Counted from the stretch's first letter, positions 1-9,395 are shown. The stretch is 64,000 nucleotides of DNA from an uncultured Desulfobacterales bacterium (GCA_964618815.1 CAZUBT010000006.1:739-64738), one strand, 5' to 3'. Made by a program: numbers and translations. The notes: a model not told the origin generated them from the sequence alone.

Positions 1-536
1 AAGTCTCCCAGATTTTGGCGGCCCTGCCCCCGGCCATTGAGGGTGGGCTTAACGTTCCCCTGGTCTATAATACCGGCGGGTATGACGCGCTTCAGACCCT
101 TCAACTCCTGGAGGGGGTGGTGGATGTCTACATGCCGGATTTTAAATTCTGGGACCCGGCGGTGGCCAAAGACCTGTGTGAGGCGGAGGATTATCCGGAG
201 ATCGCCCGGCAGGCTTTAAAAGAGATGCACCGCCAGGTGGGGGACCTGGTGATGGATGAGGATGGCGTGGCCCGGCGGGGGTTGCTGGTCAGACATCTCG
301 TATTGCCCGACGGCCTGGCCGGGACCAAGGAGGTGGCTTCGTTCATCGCCCGGGAGATTTCCCCTCAGACTTATATCAATGTCATGGGCCAGTATCGTCC
401 CTGCGGCCGGGCCTCGGACCACCCATCGTTGAGCAAGTTCCTGACGGGCCTGGAACACCACGAGGCCATGCGCATCGCCCGGGAGGCGGGGTTGACCCGC
501 CTGGACCACCGGGAGAAGCTATTTAGGTGGTTGTAA
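1..536 (+). CDS. radical SAM enzyme, PflX/pyruvate-formate-lyase-activase-like family, C-terminal part (5' end outside window)
   Basis: Frame open from window edge to TAA at 534-536; tail YNTGGYD...VDVYMPDFKF...LVRHLVLP...NVMGQYRPCG resembles COG1313-type radical SAM proteins. Confidence 0.6.
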   Translation, partial: VSQILAALPPAIEGGLNVPLVYNTGGYDALQTLQLLEGVVDVYMPDFKFWDPAVAKDLCEAEDYPEIARQALKEMHRQVGDLVMDEDGVARRGLLVRHLVLPDGLAGTKEVASFIAREISPQTYINVMGQYRPCGRASDHPSLSKFLTGLEHHEAMRIAREAGLTRLDHREKLFRWL

Positions 537-590
537 GTTTAATGAAACCCCAGGATCGCTAAAAAGCAATTTATGCATCATTTAAAAAAA

Positions 591-613
591 TGTAGCACCG
601 CCGCCCTTTGCGG
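591..613. repeat. REP-like hairpin, family F (TGTAGCACCGCCGCC...)
   Basis: GTAG head plus GC palindrome; related copies at 10569-10594 and an inverted doublet at 32085-32145. Confidence 0.7.
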
Positions 614-640
614 TTATGGAGCCTGATAACCGAAAAATAA

Positions 641-1312
641 ATGGACCACAGCATCTACGCCATCGGCGACATTCACGGCTGCCTGGACCTGCTGGACGGG
701 TTGTTGTCCGAGATCCAGCCCGACCTGCACCGGGATAAGCTTCTGTTTATCGGGGACTATATTGACCGGGGGCCGGACTCCAAGGGCGTGGTGGATTATA
801 TCCTCAATCTGCAAAAGCTTTATCCCCGGGAAAATTTCATCTGCCTCAAGGGCAACCACGAGGCCATGTTCCAGGATTTCCTCCGGGGGATTGAACCGGA
901 TCTGTTCCTCTTGAACGGCGGCTTGAGCACCATTGAAGCTTATTGGGGGGCGAATTGGGACCGGCCGGAGAATTTAATCCTGCCGCCGGAGCATGAGATC
1001 TTTTATGACGAGTTGCAGTTATATTACGAGACCCCGAATTACCTCTTCGTCCACGGCGGCCTCAAGCCCATGACGCCCCTGGCGGACCAGATCGAAGAAG
1101 ACCTCCTGTGGATCAGGGGGGAATTCATCGCGTCCCCCGAGGATTTCGGGCGGCTGGTGATCTTCGGCCACACCCCCTTCAAGCGCCCCCTGATAATGCC
1201 CAACAAGATCGGCATCGACACCGGCGCGGTGTACGGCAATTTGCTCACCTGCCTGAAACTGCCCCAGGAGGAGTTTTTTTACCGGGGCCATGGGAAAAGG
1301 GAAAAGTTCTGA
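641..1312 (+). CDS. metallophosphoesterase, Ser/Thr protein phosphatase (PPP/ApaH-like) family
   Basis: Motifs GDIHGC, GDYIDRGPDS, GNHE, HGG, GHTP in canonical order. Confidence 0.85.
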   Translation: MDHSIYAIGDIHGCLDLLDGLLSEIQPDLHRDKLLFIGDYIDRGPDSKGVVDYILNLQKLYPRENFICLKGNHEAMFQDFLRGIEPDLFLLNGGLSTIEAYWGANWDRPENLILPPEHEIFYDELQLYYETPNYLFVHGGLKPMTPLADQIEEDLLWIRGEFIASPEDFGRLVIFGHTPFKRPLIMPNKIGIDTGAVYGNLLTCLKLPQEEFFYRGHGKREKF

Positions 1313-1343
1313 ATGTGCGGTAGAAGTAGTGAGGAGAGGAATT

Positions 1344-1444
1344 ATACCAAGTTCTGTTTCCAATGCAACCAACTTAAGTTTCAATTTGCTGATAAGCCAG
1401 GTCTTTCTAACCGAAAACCGATAACCGAAAACCGAAAACGGTAT
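1344..1444 (+). repeat. about 100-bp composite element (ATACCAAGTTCTGTTTCCAATGCAACC...CCGAAAA array...GGTAT)
   Basis: Near-identical copy at 10642-10727; diverged copy at 55748-55844; ends ATACC/GGTAT are inverted. Confidence 0.8.
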
Positions 1445-1453
1445 TAGAAATAT

Positions 1454-1477
1454 GGCGGGCGCGGCCCGCCCTATAAT
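1454..1477. repeat. REP-like hairpin, family E (GGCGGnCnCGGGCCGCCCTATAAT)
   Basis: Copies at 11936-11957 (inverted), 17496-17519 and 43289-43312. Confidence 0.75.
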
Positions 1478-1527
1478 TTTCTGATGGCAAAATGCTAACC
1501 CGGCAACCCGCTCTTTCCCCCCTTCCC

Positions 1528-2067
1528 TCAACTCCCTTTCAGAGTCAGCGGCAGCCCCGCAACCACCAACACCACCAGGTCCGCAAGCTGCGCCAGGCAT
1601 TGATGGAGCCGGCCGGCCCGGTCCCGAAAAGCCCGGCCCAGGGCATTTTCCGGGACTATGCCCCATCCCACTTCATTGCTGATAAAAATCGCCGGGGTGG
1701 AGGTATTTTTCAGAACCTCCAGAAGTTGCAGGCATTCCGCTTCGATGCCGCTTCCCTGGTCTTCTCTGAGCATCAGGTTGCTCACCCACAGGGTCAGGCA
1801 GTCCACTACAATCACCCCATAGCGGCCCTGGGACGCGGTAAGGGCGTCCTTCAGGTTAAGAGGCTCTTCCAGAGTCTCCCATTCCGGCCCCCGCTCCAGG
1901 CGGTGCCGGGCGATGCGGGCCGCCATTTCCGCGTCCCGGGCTTCCCCGGTGGCCACCAACAGCCGGGGCGCGGGAAAGCCCTGGGCCAGGGACAGCCCGT
2001 AGCGGCTTTTGCCGCTCTTGGCCCCTCCCAGAATCAGAGCCAGGCGAAAGGGATCGGTCATCATCAA
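1528..2067 (-). CDS. cobU: adenosylcobinamide kinase / adenosylcobinamide-phosphate guanylyltransferase
   Basis: 179 aa; P-loop GGAKSGKS near N-terminus; overall CobU/CobP-like sequence (VATGEA.D.EM..RI..H). Confidence 0.8.
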   Translation of the reverse strand: MMMTDPFRLALILGGAKSGKSRYGLSLAQGFPAPRLLVATGEARDAEMAARIARHRLERGPEWETLEEPLNLKDALTASQGRYGVIVVDCLTLWVSNLMLREDQGSGIEAECLQLLEVLKNTSTPAIFISNEVGWGIVPENALGRAFRDRAGRLHQCLAQLADLVVLVVAGLPLTLKGS

Positions 2068-2124
2068 CGGTACCTGAAATCAGTTATCTGAGCCAAATGC
2101 TCCCCTCCCCCACAGACTCCTGCC

Positions 2125-2721
2125 TCACGGGCGGATAAGGCGGCCGGCCTGCATCTGGGACTCCAGGATGGTGAACATGTTGGACACCGTCCCCACCCCC
2201 AGGCGGTCCCGCACCTTATAGAAATCCAGGCAGGCGCCGCATACCAGGAGCTTCACCCCCATTTCTTCCAGGCCCTTGAGTTCCGGCAGCGCCGGAGAAT
2301 CATTCAGGGCCAGGAAAACCCCCCGGTTGTAGAAGAGCAATTTCTGGGGGGCTTCCATCTGCACCAGGGATTGGAGAAAGGCCCCCATGAGAATGTCTCC
2401 CAGGGCCGGATCGCCGTCCCCCATGCGGTCCGAAGCGAAGACCACTACGGTGGTTAGGGGTGCGGGCGCGGCCGCGGGAAAGACGCAGGTCTGGGCGGCA
2501 TCGCCGGCGGGGAGCCGGATGGTCAATTGGTAGCGCGCTCCCGCGGGCGTCATGGTCACCCGGCAGCCCCGGCTTTCCGCGAACCGGGTGATGTTATCCC
2601 GGGACAGGTCGCTGTCCACCACGACAATCAATTCCTCCAGGCCCTTGGCTTCCAGGGCCTCCTTGGTGCGGATCACCGGCAGAGGGCAGGCCAGGCCGGA
2701 AAGGTCCAGGATTTGCGGCAT
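2125..2721 (-). CDS. yedF: YedF-type selenium-metabolism protein (TusA/SirA-like N-domain with CPLP motif fused to DsrE-like C-domain)
   Basis: N-terminus LDLSGLACPLPVIRTKEAL is the TusA CPxP signature; about 200 aa two-domain layout typical of YedF. Confidence 0.7.
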   Translation of the reverse strand: MPQILDLSGLACPLPVIRTKEALEAKGLEELIVVVDSDLSRDNITRFAESRGCRVTMTPAGARYQLTIRLPAGDAAQTCVFPAAAPAPLTTVVVFASDRMGDGDPALGDILMGAFLQSLVQMEAPQKLLFYNRGVFLALNDSPALPELKGLEEMGVKLLVCGACLDFYKVRDRLGVGTVSNMFTILESQMQAGRLIRP

Positions 2722-2890
2722 GTTTCATGCTCCTTGACCATCAGCGGCCACACCGCGACAAACCAGGCGGTTCAGCAAGGGTAACAGAAAGTTTAGCGCC
2801 GCCCTGGGCGGCGAATAATCTAGTGTGAATCTTCTTAAATAAGATGGCTTTTCTCTTGAGGGAAAAGCCCCAATAAAAGCCTGTATTTTA

Positions 2891-2971
2891 CCCCCCTTTT
2901 CTAAAGGGGGGCAGGGGGGATTATATAAGCGTTTGATAATCCCCCTAAATCCCCCTTTAGGAAAGGGGGAC
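2891..2971 (-). repeat. triple-hairpin G5/C5 element (about 85 bp)
   Basis: Three consecutive hairpins built on CCCCC/GGGGG arms; reverse-complement copy at 19827-19918. Confidence 0.75.
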
Positions 2972-3157
2972 TTTAAAGCAGTTTTTTATAGGACCAGGCA
3001 AATTAATTGCCTTACAATTTATGAAGCATGACACTAGAACCCTTGATTTATGGGGACGGCAAGCCGCGCCCCTGCAATGGATGAAAAACTTTCGGAGTTT
3101 CCGGTTGGACCGCGGTTAGCCGCCGCTAACCCGCTAAACCGCTGCCCCCGGGCCGCC

Positions 3158-3655
3158 TCAGCCCCCCAGGGAGATGGCCAGCGCGGTGGTGAGTTTTACC
3201 ACATCCTGGTTGGTTTTGCGTAGATGTTGCGACAGACGTTGGGCCAGGCGCAGCAGCAGTTTGACCCCCATGCCGGGGTGTTCCTGGGCCAGCCGGATAA
3301 ACTCCGTGCGGTTGAGCTCCAGCAACCGGCAGTCGGACAGGGCCGTCACCGTGGCGGACCGGGTATCTTCCTCCAGAAGGGCCATCTCCCCGAAAAACAC
3401 CCCGTCCTCGGCTTTGAGCCGGATCATCACTCGCTCTTTGGGGGTATCTTCATCCAGGATCAGAGTAAGGCGTTTGGTGATCTCCACCTCCCCCTGGCAC
3501 ATGATGAACATGCTGTTCCCCGGCTCCCCTTCCATGAGGATGATGGCGCCCGCGGGAAACTCCTGGGAAGCGGCGTGGCTCAACGCCACCCGGATCTCGT
3601 CGTCCTCCAGGTCCATAAAGAGAAAGATATTGCGGAAAAACGCAGTATCCAGCAT
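3158..3655 (-). CDS. stand-alone cyclic-nucleotide-binding domain protein
   Basis: FFGEMALLEEDTRSATVTA matches the CAP-family cNMP phosphate-binding cassette; start moved to the ATG at 3655, which overlaps the upstream TGA (ATGA); no HTH domain. Confidence 0.8.
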   Translation of the reverse strand: MLDTAFFRNIFLFMDLEDDEIRVALSHAASQEFPAGAIILMEGEPGNSMFIMCQGEVEITKRLTLILDEDTPKERVMIRLKAEDGVFFGEMALLEEDTRSATVTALSDCRLLELNRTEFIRLAQEHPGMGVKLLLRLAQRLSQHLRKTNQDVVKLTTALAISLGG

Positions 3656-4821
3656 CAGATAGTGGGCCTCTGGGCCGCAATGACCACCGCGTACTGATGG
3701 GGCCCCAGGACCAGGTGGTTCGGCGGATTGATCTGGCACTCCACCTTGGCCCGGCCGAAGAGATGGGTCATTTTGGTCTCCGCGAATTTGCGCCGGATAA
3801 ACTCATCAATGGCCGAGGGCTGGTCGGATAACAGATCATCCATGCTCAACACCCGGCCCTCAGTATATAAGGCCACCAGTATGGCTTGATAGCCCTCCTG
3901 CAGATAAGCCGCCAGCTCCCGCACCGTGCGTCCCTGAAAGCGGGCCGGGACCTCCACGGCCCAAAGGTTCTGGAGTTCTCCGGTCAACAGGGTGGTGAGC
4001 ACCTTAAACAGCCCGGGAGAGGCAATGGCCCCAGCCATGATGGAGCTGTCATACTGGCCCCGGATAATCACCTCTTCCACCCCGGCCCGCTCCAAATAGG
4101 CGCGATTTTCCTGGCGCAGGAGTTCCGCCAGGATCCGGATCTTGGAATTAAGGGCCTTGAGAGTGAGAGCGGTGAACAAGGTGCGCTGATCCACCTGGGC
4201 CGCGCCTTCTCCCGTTTGGCGCTCCGCCAGGATGATGGCCTTGAAGGCTCCCTTAACATTGGCTTTCTGCAGGGTCTCTTCCCGGGAGTAGTCCCCCCAA
4301 AGGTAAAAGGTTTCGTGCTTCGAATATTTTTCTTTCAGGGCCTCCATCTGTTCCGGCGGCATTTTATTCACCAGGGCCACCGGCACCTCCTCAGGCAGAC
4401 GCTTGAACAGGTGGTCCAGGAGGATCTCCGCGTCCTCATGCCAGCCCAGGATCAGAATGTGCTGCGTTGTTTGAATGGGTTCCAAGCCCCTCTCCCGGCG
4501 AAACTTGCGTTCCACGAACACCGAGGCAACGGTGGCGGTGAGCAAAGACAGGCTCAAGACGCCGCCCAGGATCACCACCGTGCCCACCAGCCGTCCCCAG
4601 AAGGTTACGGGGACCACATCCCCGTACCCCACGGTGGCCAAGGTAACCAGGGCCCACCAGAGCCCCTGTCCGAAACGATTATACCAGGGACCCTGGCCGG
4701 GTTCGGTGAGGGTGAACCCCAAGGCCCCCAGGACAATGAGCAGGACTACCGCCCGGATCAGGATAAAGACCCGTTCCCGGTGTAAGGTCCGGAAAAACGC
4801 GCTAATCGATGCTCGGGCCAC
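3655..4821 (-). CDS. 2-TM potassium channel with cytoplasmic RCK/TrkA-N domain (MthK-like)
   Basis: Selectivity filter TLATVGYGDV between two hydrophobic helices; ILILGW... Rossmann-like RCK domain follows. Confidence 0.85.
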   Translation of the reverse strand: MARASISAFFRTLHRERVFILIRAVVLLIVLGALGFTLTEPGQGPWYNRFGQGLWWALVTLATVGYGDVVPVTFWGRLVGTVVILGGVLSLSLLTATVASVFVERKFRRERGLEPIQTTQHILILGWHEDAEILLDHLFKRLPEEVPVALVNKMPPEQMEALKEKYSKHETFYLWGDYSREETLQKANVKGAFKAIILAERQTGEGAAQVDQRTLFTALTLKALNSKIRILAELLRQENRAYLERAGVEEVIIRGQYDSSIMAGAIASPGLFKVLTTLLTGELQNLWAVEVPARFQGRTVRELAAYLQEGYQAILVALYTEGRVLSMDDLLSDQPSAIDEFIRRKFAETKMTHLFGRAKVECQINPPNHLVLGPHQYAVVIAAQRPTI

Positions 4822-4881
4822 AAATCTCCGATGCGGCTCGGCAAGCCGCGGTTCTAATTACTCACCGGAAAATCCGGCCCC

Positions 4882-5346
4882 TCAGGTTTCCCTATGGCAA
4901 TCCCGGCACTCGATGGGACCGGCCTTCCGTCCCTGCTGCCGCAACTTCAGGTGACAGCCCTTACATTGCCGATGATAGGCATTCTTGAGATCGGGCCGCC
5001 TCCCCTGCGCCTTGAGGTCGTGGCAGGTGCGGCATTGCTTCACGGGCTGCCCTTGCTTCCAAAGATTGCGCTTGCCCTGCCACTCATGGTGGCACTGCCG
5101 GCAGTCGATGCGCCGGTCCTCGTGCAGCTTATGGCTAAACCACACCGGCGGTTTTTCCCAATGCCTCTGCCAAATGATACGCAGCCAGCCCGCCCCTGGG
5201 GCCTCGGTGGGGAGCCGGGATTGGGCCCCTAACAGGACCAGCGCCCCCAAGGCCAGGGCCACGATTGCCGCCGCCCGGCGTCGGGGAGGCCCCGCCTGGT
5301 CAGTCCTGGTAGTAGGACGCGCAGGACGTGTCCGATTCCCAGACAT
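4882..5346 (-). CDS. tetraheme cytochrome c (class III, c3-like), secreted
   Basis: Four CxxCH motifs (CRQCH, CRTCH, CKGCH, CRDCH) in the last 75 aa; N-terminal hydrophobic signal AAAIVALALGALVLLGA; the only in-frame ATG gives a 47-nt overlap with queD. Confidence 0.8.
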   Translation of the reverse strand: MSGNRTRPARPTTRTDQAGPPRRRAAAIVALALGALVLLGAQSRLPTEAPGAGWLRIIWQRHWEKPPVWFSHKLHEDRRIDCRQCHHEWQGKRNLWKQGQPVKQCRTCHDLKAQGRRPDLKNAYHRQCKGCHLKLRQQGRKAGPIECRDCHRET

Positions 5347-5671
5347 TGACCCGGCTGACCTGGGCGCCGCTACGGTTCAAGACGGCTCCCAGGCGTTCAA
5401 AGAGATAACGAGCCAGGTTCTCCGAAGAAGGATTCAGCTCCTTAAACGCCGGCAATTCGTTTAAATATTTATGGTCAATCTCCTCCAGGACCGCGTTAAC
5501 CCTGGCTTTGACCACCCCAAAGTCCATGAGCAATCCCGCGTCATCCAACTCCCGGCCCTGGAGGAAAACTTCCACCTTCCAGTTGTGACCATGGAGGGCT
5601 TCACATTTGCCGTTAAAATTTTCCAGCCGGTGGGCCGCGGAAAATTGGGTAAGAATTTTCAATTCATACAT
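5300..5671 (-). CDS. queD: 6-carboxy-5,6,7,8-tetrahydropterin synthase
   Basis: 123 aa; FSAAHRL...HGHNW...VWES... typical QueD/PTPS motifs. Confidence 0.9.
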   Translation of the reverse strand: MYELKILTQFSAAHRLENFNGKCEALHGHNWKVEVFLQGRELDDAGLLMDFGVVKARVNAVLEEIDHKYLNELPAFKELNPSSENLARYLFERLGAVLNRSGAQVSRVNVWESDTSCASYYQD

Positions 5672-5674
5672 CTA

Positions 5675-5881
5675 TCAGAGGCCCTCTTTAAGGGTGCGCA
5701 GCCGGGTCTCCATGCGGCCCAGAAGGGTTTTCAGGTCGGTTTGCAGCCCGGCCAGTTCTTTATGGCGTTTGGCGATTATGACCTTCAGTTCCTGTAGCCA
5801 GAATTCCAGGAAGGCCATTTCCCGTTGGCGGAGTTCTTCCTCCACCCGCCGCTTCAACTGCTTTACCAGAACTTCATCCAT
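5675..5881 (-). CDS. small coiled-coil protein, function unknown
   Basis: 68-aa ORF ending 4 nt before the queD start; heptad-like charged/Leu pattern; no recognisable family. Confidence 0.35.
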   Translation of the reverse strand: MDEVLVKQLKRRVEEELRQREMAFLEFWLQELKVIIAKRHKELAGLQTDLKTLLGRMETRLRTLKEGL

Positions 5882-5993
5882 ACAGCCGCCTTAACTTATA
5901 ATTATTACGCTAGAAAGTAATCTATGTCAATCAGTTCTGATGGGGGTCCGCCGACGGGAAGTGGCGGGTTTGGAGTTTAGCAGATTAGCTCTT

Positions 5994-6044
5994 AGGTTCA
6001 AGGTTCAAGGTTCAAAGTTCAAGGTTCGAGGTTTTAGGTTTAAG
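5994..6044. repeat. heptanucleotide tandem array (AGGTTCA/AAGTTCA)
   Basis: Seven consecutive 7-nt units read directly. Confidence 0.9.
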
Positions 6045-6325
6045 AAGCCAGTCAATAAGAAGCAAGACCTACCAGCTAAAAAGCCGAACAGCTAAAAATT
6101 TATCCGTAAATAAACCGAGAACTTTAAAAAATTAGATCAACGCTCCCTTTGTCCTTAATTTTGCGGGCACGGCTTGCCTTGCCCGCCAATCAAGGATTCT
6201 GTTTTGCGCAGGCTAAAGCCTGCGGCTACAGAAAAGGCTCCTCCATTAAAAATAAATAACCCTTTGCAACGCTTTCAAACTCAGTGGAAAGAAGCTGACC
6301 GAACCACCGAAAACTGAAAACCGCT

Positions 6326-6958
6326 TTAAAAATACCGCATGGGCCACCGGTGCCGCCGGGCCAGGCGCTTCAGCCGCCAGGAGGGATTGACCGCCACGGG
6401 ATGGCCGATACTCCGGAACAGGGGTAAATCCTGGTAGTGATCGCCATACGCATAAGACTGTGACAGGTCCAGGTCCAGCGCCTCCGCCAGTTCCAGCAGC
6501 AGGCGCAGTTTGTTTTCTCCCCGGGGATGGAGGCCCATGATCTCCCCGGTGAATCTGCCGTCAGCCTGGCCGATCTCCGTGGCGATGAGCCGGGCTGCGC
6601 CCAATTCCTCCTTTAGCGGCAAGAGTAAAAAGGCCAGGGAGCCGGTCAAGAGGACAATCTCATGCCCCTTAGCCCGGTGCTCCCGGACGCAGGCCGATCC
6701 CGAGGCGCTCACCCGGGGGGCGATGGCAACCGCGTAGCACTCCCGGGCCCAGCGGAGCGTGTCTTCCACCGCCAACCCTTTTAGATAAAACTTATCCCGA
6801 AAACGCTCCCTTGGATGCCGGGCCAGCCGTCCGAAAAAGTTCGCGGCCTGGGGCAGGCTCAGATGCCCCTGGCGCAGCAAATACCAGAAAAACAGGGGTT
6901 CCGTCCGACCCCGCACCAGGGTCTGATCTACATCAAAGATAGCGGCAATGCGACCCAT
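6326..6958 (-). CDS. HAD-IB family hydrolase (SerB-like phosphatase)
   Basis: DxDxT motif (FDVDQTL) at N-terminus; C-terminal GD..D acidic motif (YGDHYQD). Confidence 0.8.
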   Translation of the reverse strand: MGRIAAIFDVDQTLVRGRTEPLFFWYLLRQGHLSLPQAANFFGRLARHPRERFRDKFYLKGLAVEDTLRWARECYAVAIAPRVSASGSACVREHRAKGHEIVLLTGSLAFLLLPLKEELGAARLIATEIGQADGRFTGEIMGLHPRGENKLRLLLELAEALDLDLSQSYAYGDHYQDLPLFRSIGHPVAVNPSWRLKRLARRHRWPMRYF

Positions 6959-7010
6959 AGCCCTTCCCGCTGATACCCCCCCGCTTTCTGGGGAGGGGGA
7001 TCCTTCAACC

Positions 7011-7613
7011 TTAACCTTTATCGGATGTGAAATAGGTGCGGCCGTCCAGGATTACCGGAATCCCCCGGAGGACGCAGAGAGCCACGGATAGCAATATAAG
7101 ACCTTGATTCAGAGGATGCAACACTGCCGGCGCGGTGGGGTAATGGAGCGCCAGGGCATGGGTGAGATACAACTGGCAGAAGACCATGGCCTTGGCCATC
7201 CCGTAGAAGGCCCGCATAAATCGGGAGGCCACCAAAAACCGCCCCCAGGACGTATGCATCATGCCGAACCCGGATTTTCCCCGGGTCAGGGCCGCCCCCC
7301 GGACGCCGTCCACCACAAAGGAGCGGATTAAAAACACGATGGGAACCCATAGGGGCGCCATCCCCAGGTACATGAAAGTGATCCACAGGATATTTTCCAC
7401 CGCCCGGTCCAAAGCCACATCCAGGACCGCCCCCAATTCGGAGACTTCGTTTCGCAGCCGGGCCACATAGCCGTCAAACCAATCCATTATAAAGAGGATA
7501 ATCAACAGGCCCAAACCCATAAGCCGCACCCCGAAGCGGGGCACAAACAGGAGGCCCACCACCAGCAGCAATATCGGCAAACGGGCCAGGGTGATTATAT
7601 TGGCCAGGGACAT
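7011..7613 (-). CDS. CDP-alcohol phosphatidyltransferase family membrane protein
   Basis: D-G-x2-A-R-x8-G-x3-D-x3-D motif present (DWFDGYVARLRNEVSELGAVLDVALDRA); multiple TM segments. Confidence 0.8.
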   Translation of the reverse strand: MSLANIITLARLPILLLVVGLLFVPRFGVRLMGLGLLIILFIMDWFDGYVARLRNEVSELGAVLDVALDRAVENILWITFMYLGMAPLWVPIVFLIRSFVVDGVRGAALTRGKSGFGMMHTSWGRFLVASRFMRAFYGMAKAMVFCQLYLTHALALHYPTAPAVLHPLNQGLILLSVALCVLRGIPVILDGRTYFTSDKG

Positions 7614-7814
7614 GGATAACCCTTGAGGCTAGGGGGAAATTAGCTAAAAGTTTAACAGAATCAGAGGCGCCTTTCAAATTATATCAGGCTGGGGGGAGTT
7701 TTTAAAATTGCCCCGGCCGGCTATCCGGGTCAAAAGGCTTTTTTGCCCGCAGGTTTTGTGCTATGTTGAATCTGGTTGAAACCCCCATTTTCCTGAAAAA
7801 AGGCGGACATCCAG

Positions 7815-9395
7815 ATGACTTTTTCCAGGTCGGAGCATTTTGCGGCCTTTCAAGTGATCGGGCAGAGATACGAACTGCTGCGCCGCCTCCGGGAGGAGCC
7901 CTGGGGGGATGTGTGGTTGGCCCGGGATAAAGTCCTGGGCGCGGAAGTGGGGCTTAAGCTCTTGCACCGGGAGGACCCGGATTGGCTTGCGGCGCCGCCG
8001 TTCTTTGTCCAGGAAGCGACCCTGGCATTGCAATTACGCCATCCCCAGATCCTGGGGGTATTTCATCTGGAGCGGGAGGATAATCTCCTTTGCCTGGTCC
8101 AGGAGCCCTTTTCCGGAGAGAGCCTGCTGGCGCACCTGACCCGGCTGGCCCGCTTCAGCCTGCCACACGGGCTCCACCTGCTGGAACAGGTGAGTCAGGC
8201 CCTGACTTTCGCTCATGACCGGGGTCTGGCGCATCACAGCCTCAATCCCCTGAATATCCTTATGGAGGCCCAACAGGTGCGGGTGGGCAATTTTGCCTTT
8301 CCCCGGGCCGATACCGAGCAGGCCCTGTACCTGGAGCTGAAAGCCTATGACCCCCCGGAAGTCGTCCAGGGGGATCAGCCCACCCCGGCCGGCAACGTCT
8401 TTTCCCTGGGAGTCCTGGGCTTCCGCCTGTTGGCCGGTAGCCTGCCTTATCCCCTCACCTTTGACGAGCCGTTCCCTTATCGCCTGGAAACCATGCCCGC
8501 GGACCTGGAGGAGATTCCCATCCCCTTCCAGAATCTGCTCCTGCAGTGCCTGGCGGTGGAACCGGAAGAGCGCTTCCCCGACGCCGGGGCCTTCCTGGAG
8601 CAACTGCGGGAGGTGCGGGACCGGTGGCGTCCCCAACGGCGGACCTGGGGCGAGGGCGGACCGGGAAAAGAGGCTCCCGGCTGGAAACCCAGGGTCCAAC
8701 AGGCCGGCGAATTCGCAGGAAGGCTCTGGGCCAAAGGCAAACCCTGGGGAGATAAGCTGGGGCAGAGCCTGGCCGCGGCCTGGAACAAGTATCGTCCGGA
8801 GCCTCGCCACCTGTGGCGAGGCGCGGGGGCAATTCTCCTGATAGCCGCGATAGTCCTCGCCGGGAGTAAGATGCGCGGCTGGTGGGCCTCTTACCTGTCC
8901 AAGCCCGCGGCGGTGGCCTCCAAACCGGCTCCCAGTTCGGTAAAGCTTCCAACCGCGGCGGGCGGCGGACCGCCTATGACGGAAGCCGAAGAAGCCGCGT
9001 CGGCCAGGGTCGTCAAACCGGCCCCTGGTGCGACCCCCGAGGCGGCCCCGGTTCCCCCGGCTCCCGGGGAGGCGAAACCCTCGGCCAAGGAAGACCGCTA
9101 CACGGTCATCGCCGCCACCTATGACAAAAGGGACGCGGCCCAAGGTCTGCTCAAACGGCTCAAGGCCGCGAATATCAACGCCAAGGTGGTGCCGGGCAAA
9201 AGCGGCGACAAAACCAAGTACCAGGTGCAGGTGGGACCCATCAGCGGCGCCAAGGCCGCCCAAGACATGGCCCGGCGCATTAAGAGCCGGGAGGGCCTTA
9301 CCCCCAAGGTTCAGAAGATTGTCGAGAAAAGTAAAGCCGGCGGCAAGGCCAAAAACAAGGGCGGCAGCCCCGCCAAATCGCCGAAAGGAACTTGA
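7815..9395 (+). CDS. membrane-spanning Ser/Thr-kinase-like (catalytically degenerate) protein with C-terminal SPOR domain
   Basis: Hanks-type fold recognisable (VGLK, E, PPE, FSLG) but HRD is HHS and DFG is NFA; one TM ([15 protein letters not shown]); Pro/Ala linker; SPOR-like [15 protein letters not shown]...[15 protein letters not shown]. Confidence 0.8.
   Translation: MTFSRSEHFAAFQVIGQRYELLRRLREEPWGDVWLARDKVLGAEVGLKLLHREDPDWLAAPPFFVQEATLALQLRHPQILGVFHLEREDNLLCLVQEPFSGESLLAHLTRLARFSLPHGLHLLEQVSQALTFAHDRGLAHHSLNPLNILMEAQQVRVGNFAFPRADTEQALYLELKAYDPPEVVQGDQPTPAGNVFSLGVLGFRLLAGSLPYPLTFDEPFPYRLETMPADLEEIPIPFQNLLLQCLAVEPEERFPDAGAFLEQLREVRDRWRPQRRTWGEGGPGKEAPGWKPRVQQAGEFAGRLWAKGKPWGDKLGQSLAAAWNKYRPEPRHLWRGAGAILLIAAIVLAGSKMRGWWASYLSKPAAVASKPAPSSVKLPTAAGGGPPMTEAEEAASARVVKPAPGATPEAAPVPPAPGEAKPSAKEDRYTVIAATYDKRDAAQGLLKRLKAANINAKVVPGKSGDKTKYQVQVGPISGAKAAQDMARRIKSREGLTPKVQKIVEKSKAGGKAKNKGGSPAKSPKGT

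Noticed and set aside
1019-1666. 215-aa minus-strand ORF bridging the phosphatase gene, the repeat spacer and cobU
   Set aside because: It runs through the 100-bp composite repeat and a REP hairpin and overlaps two supported genes.
5300-5346. 47-nt overlap of the cytochrome c3 start with the queD 3' end, as a sign of a mis-called gene
   Set aside because: No alternative in-frame ATG, GTG or TTG exists before the signal peptide, and both products have strong motifs. I kept both calls and flagged the start as uncertain.
8034-9263. 409-aa minus-strand ORF opposite the kinase-like/SPOR gene, plus several nested ORFs
   Set aside because: Arg/Gly/Pro-rich, with no motifs; a GC-rich antisense artefact. 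The plus-strand product has recognisable kinase-fold and SPOR motifs.
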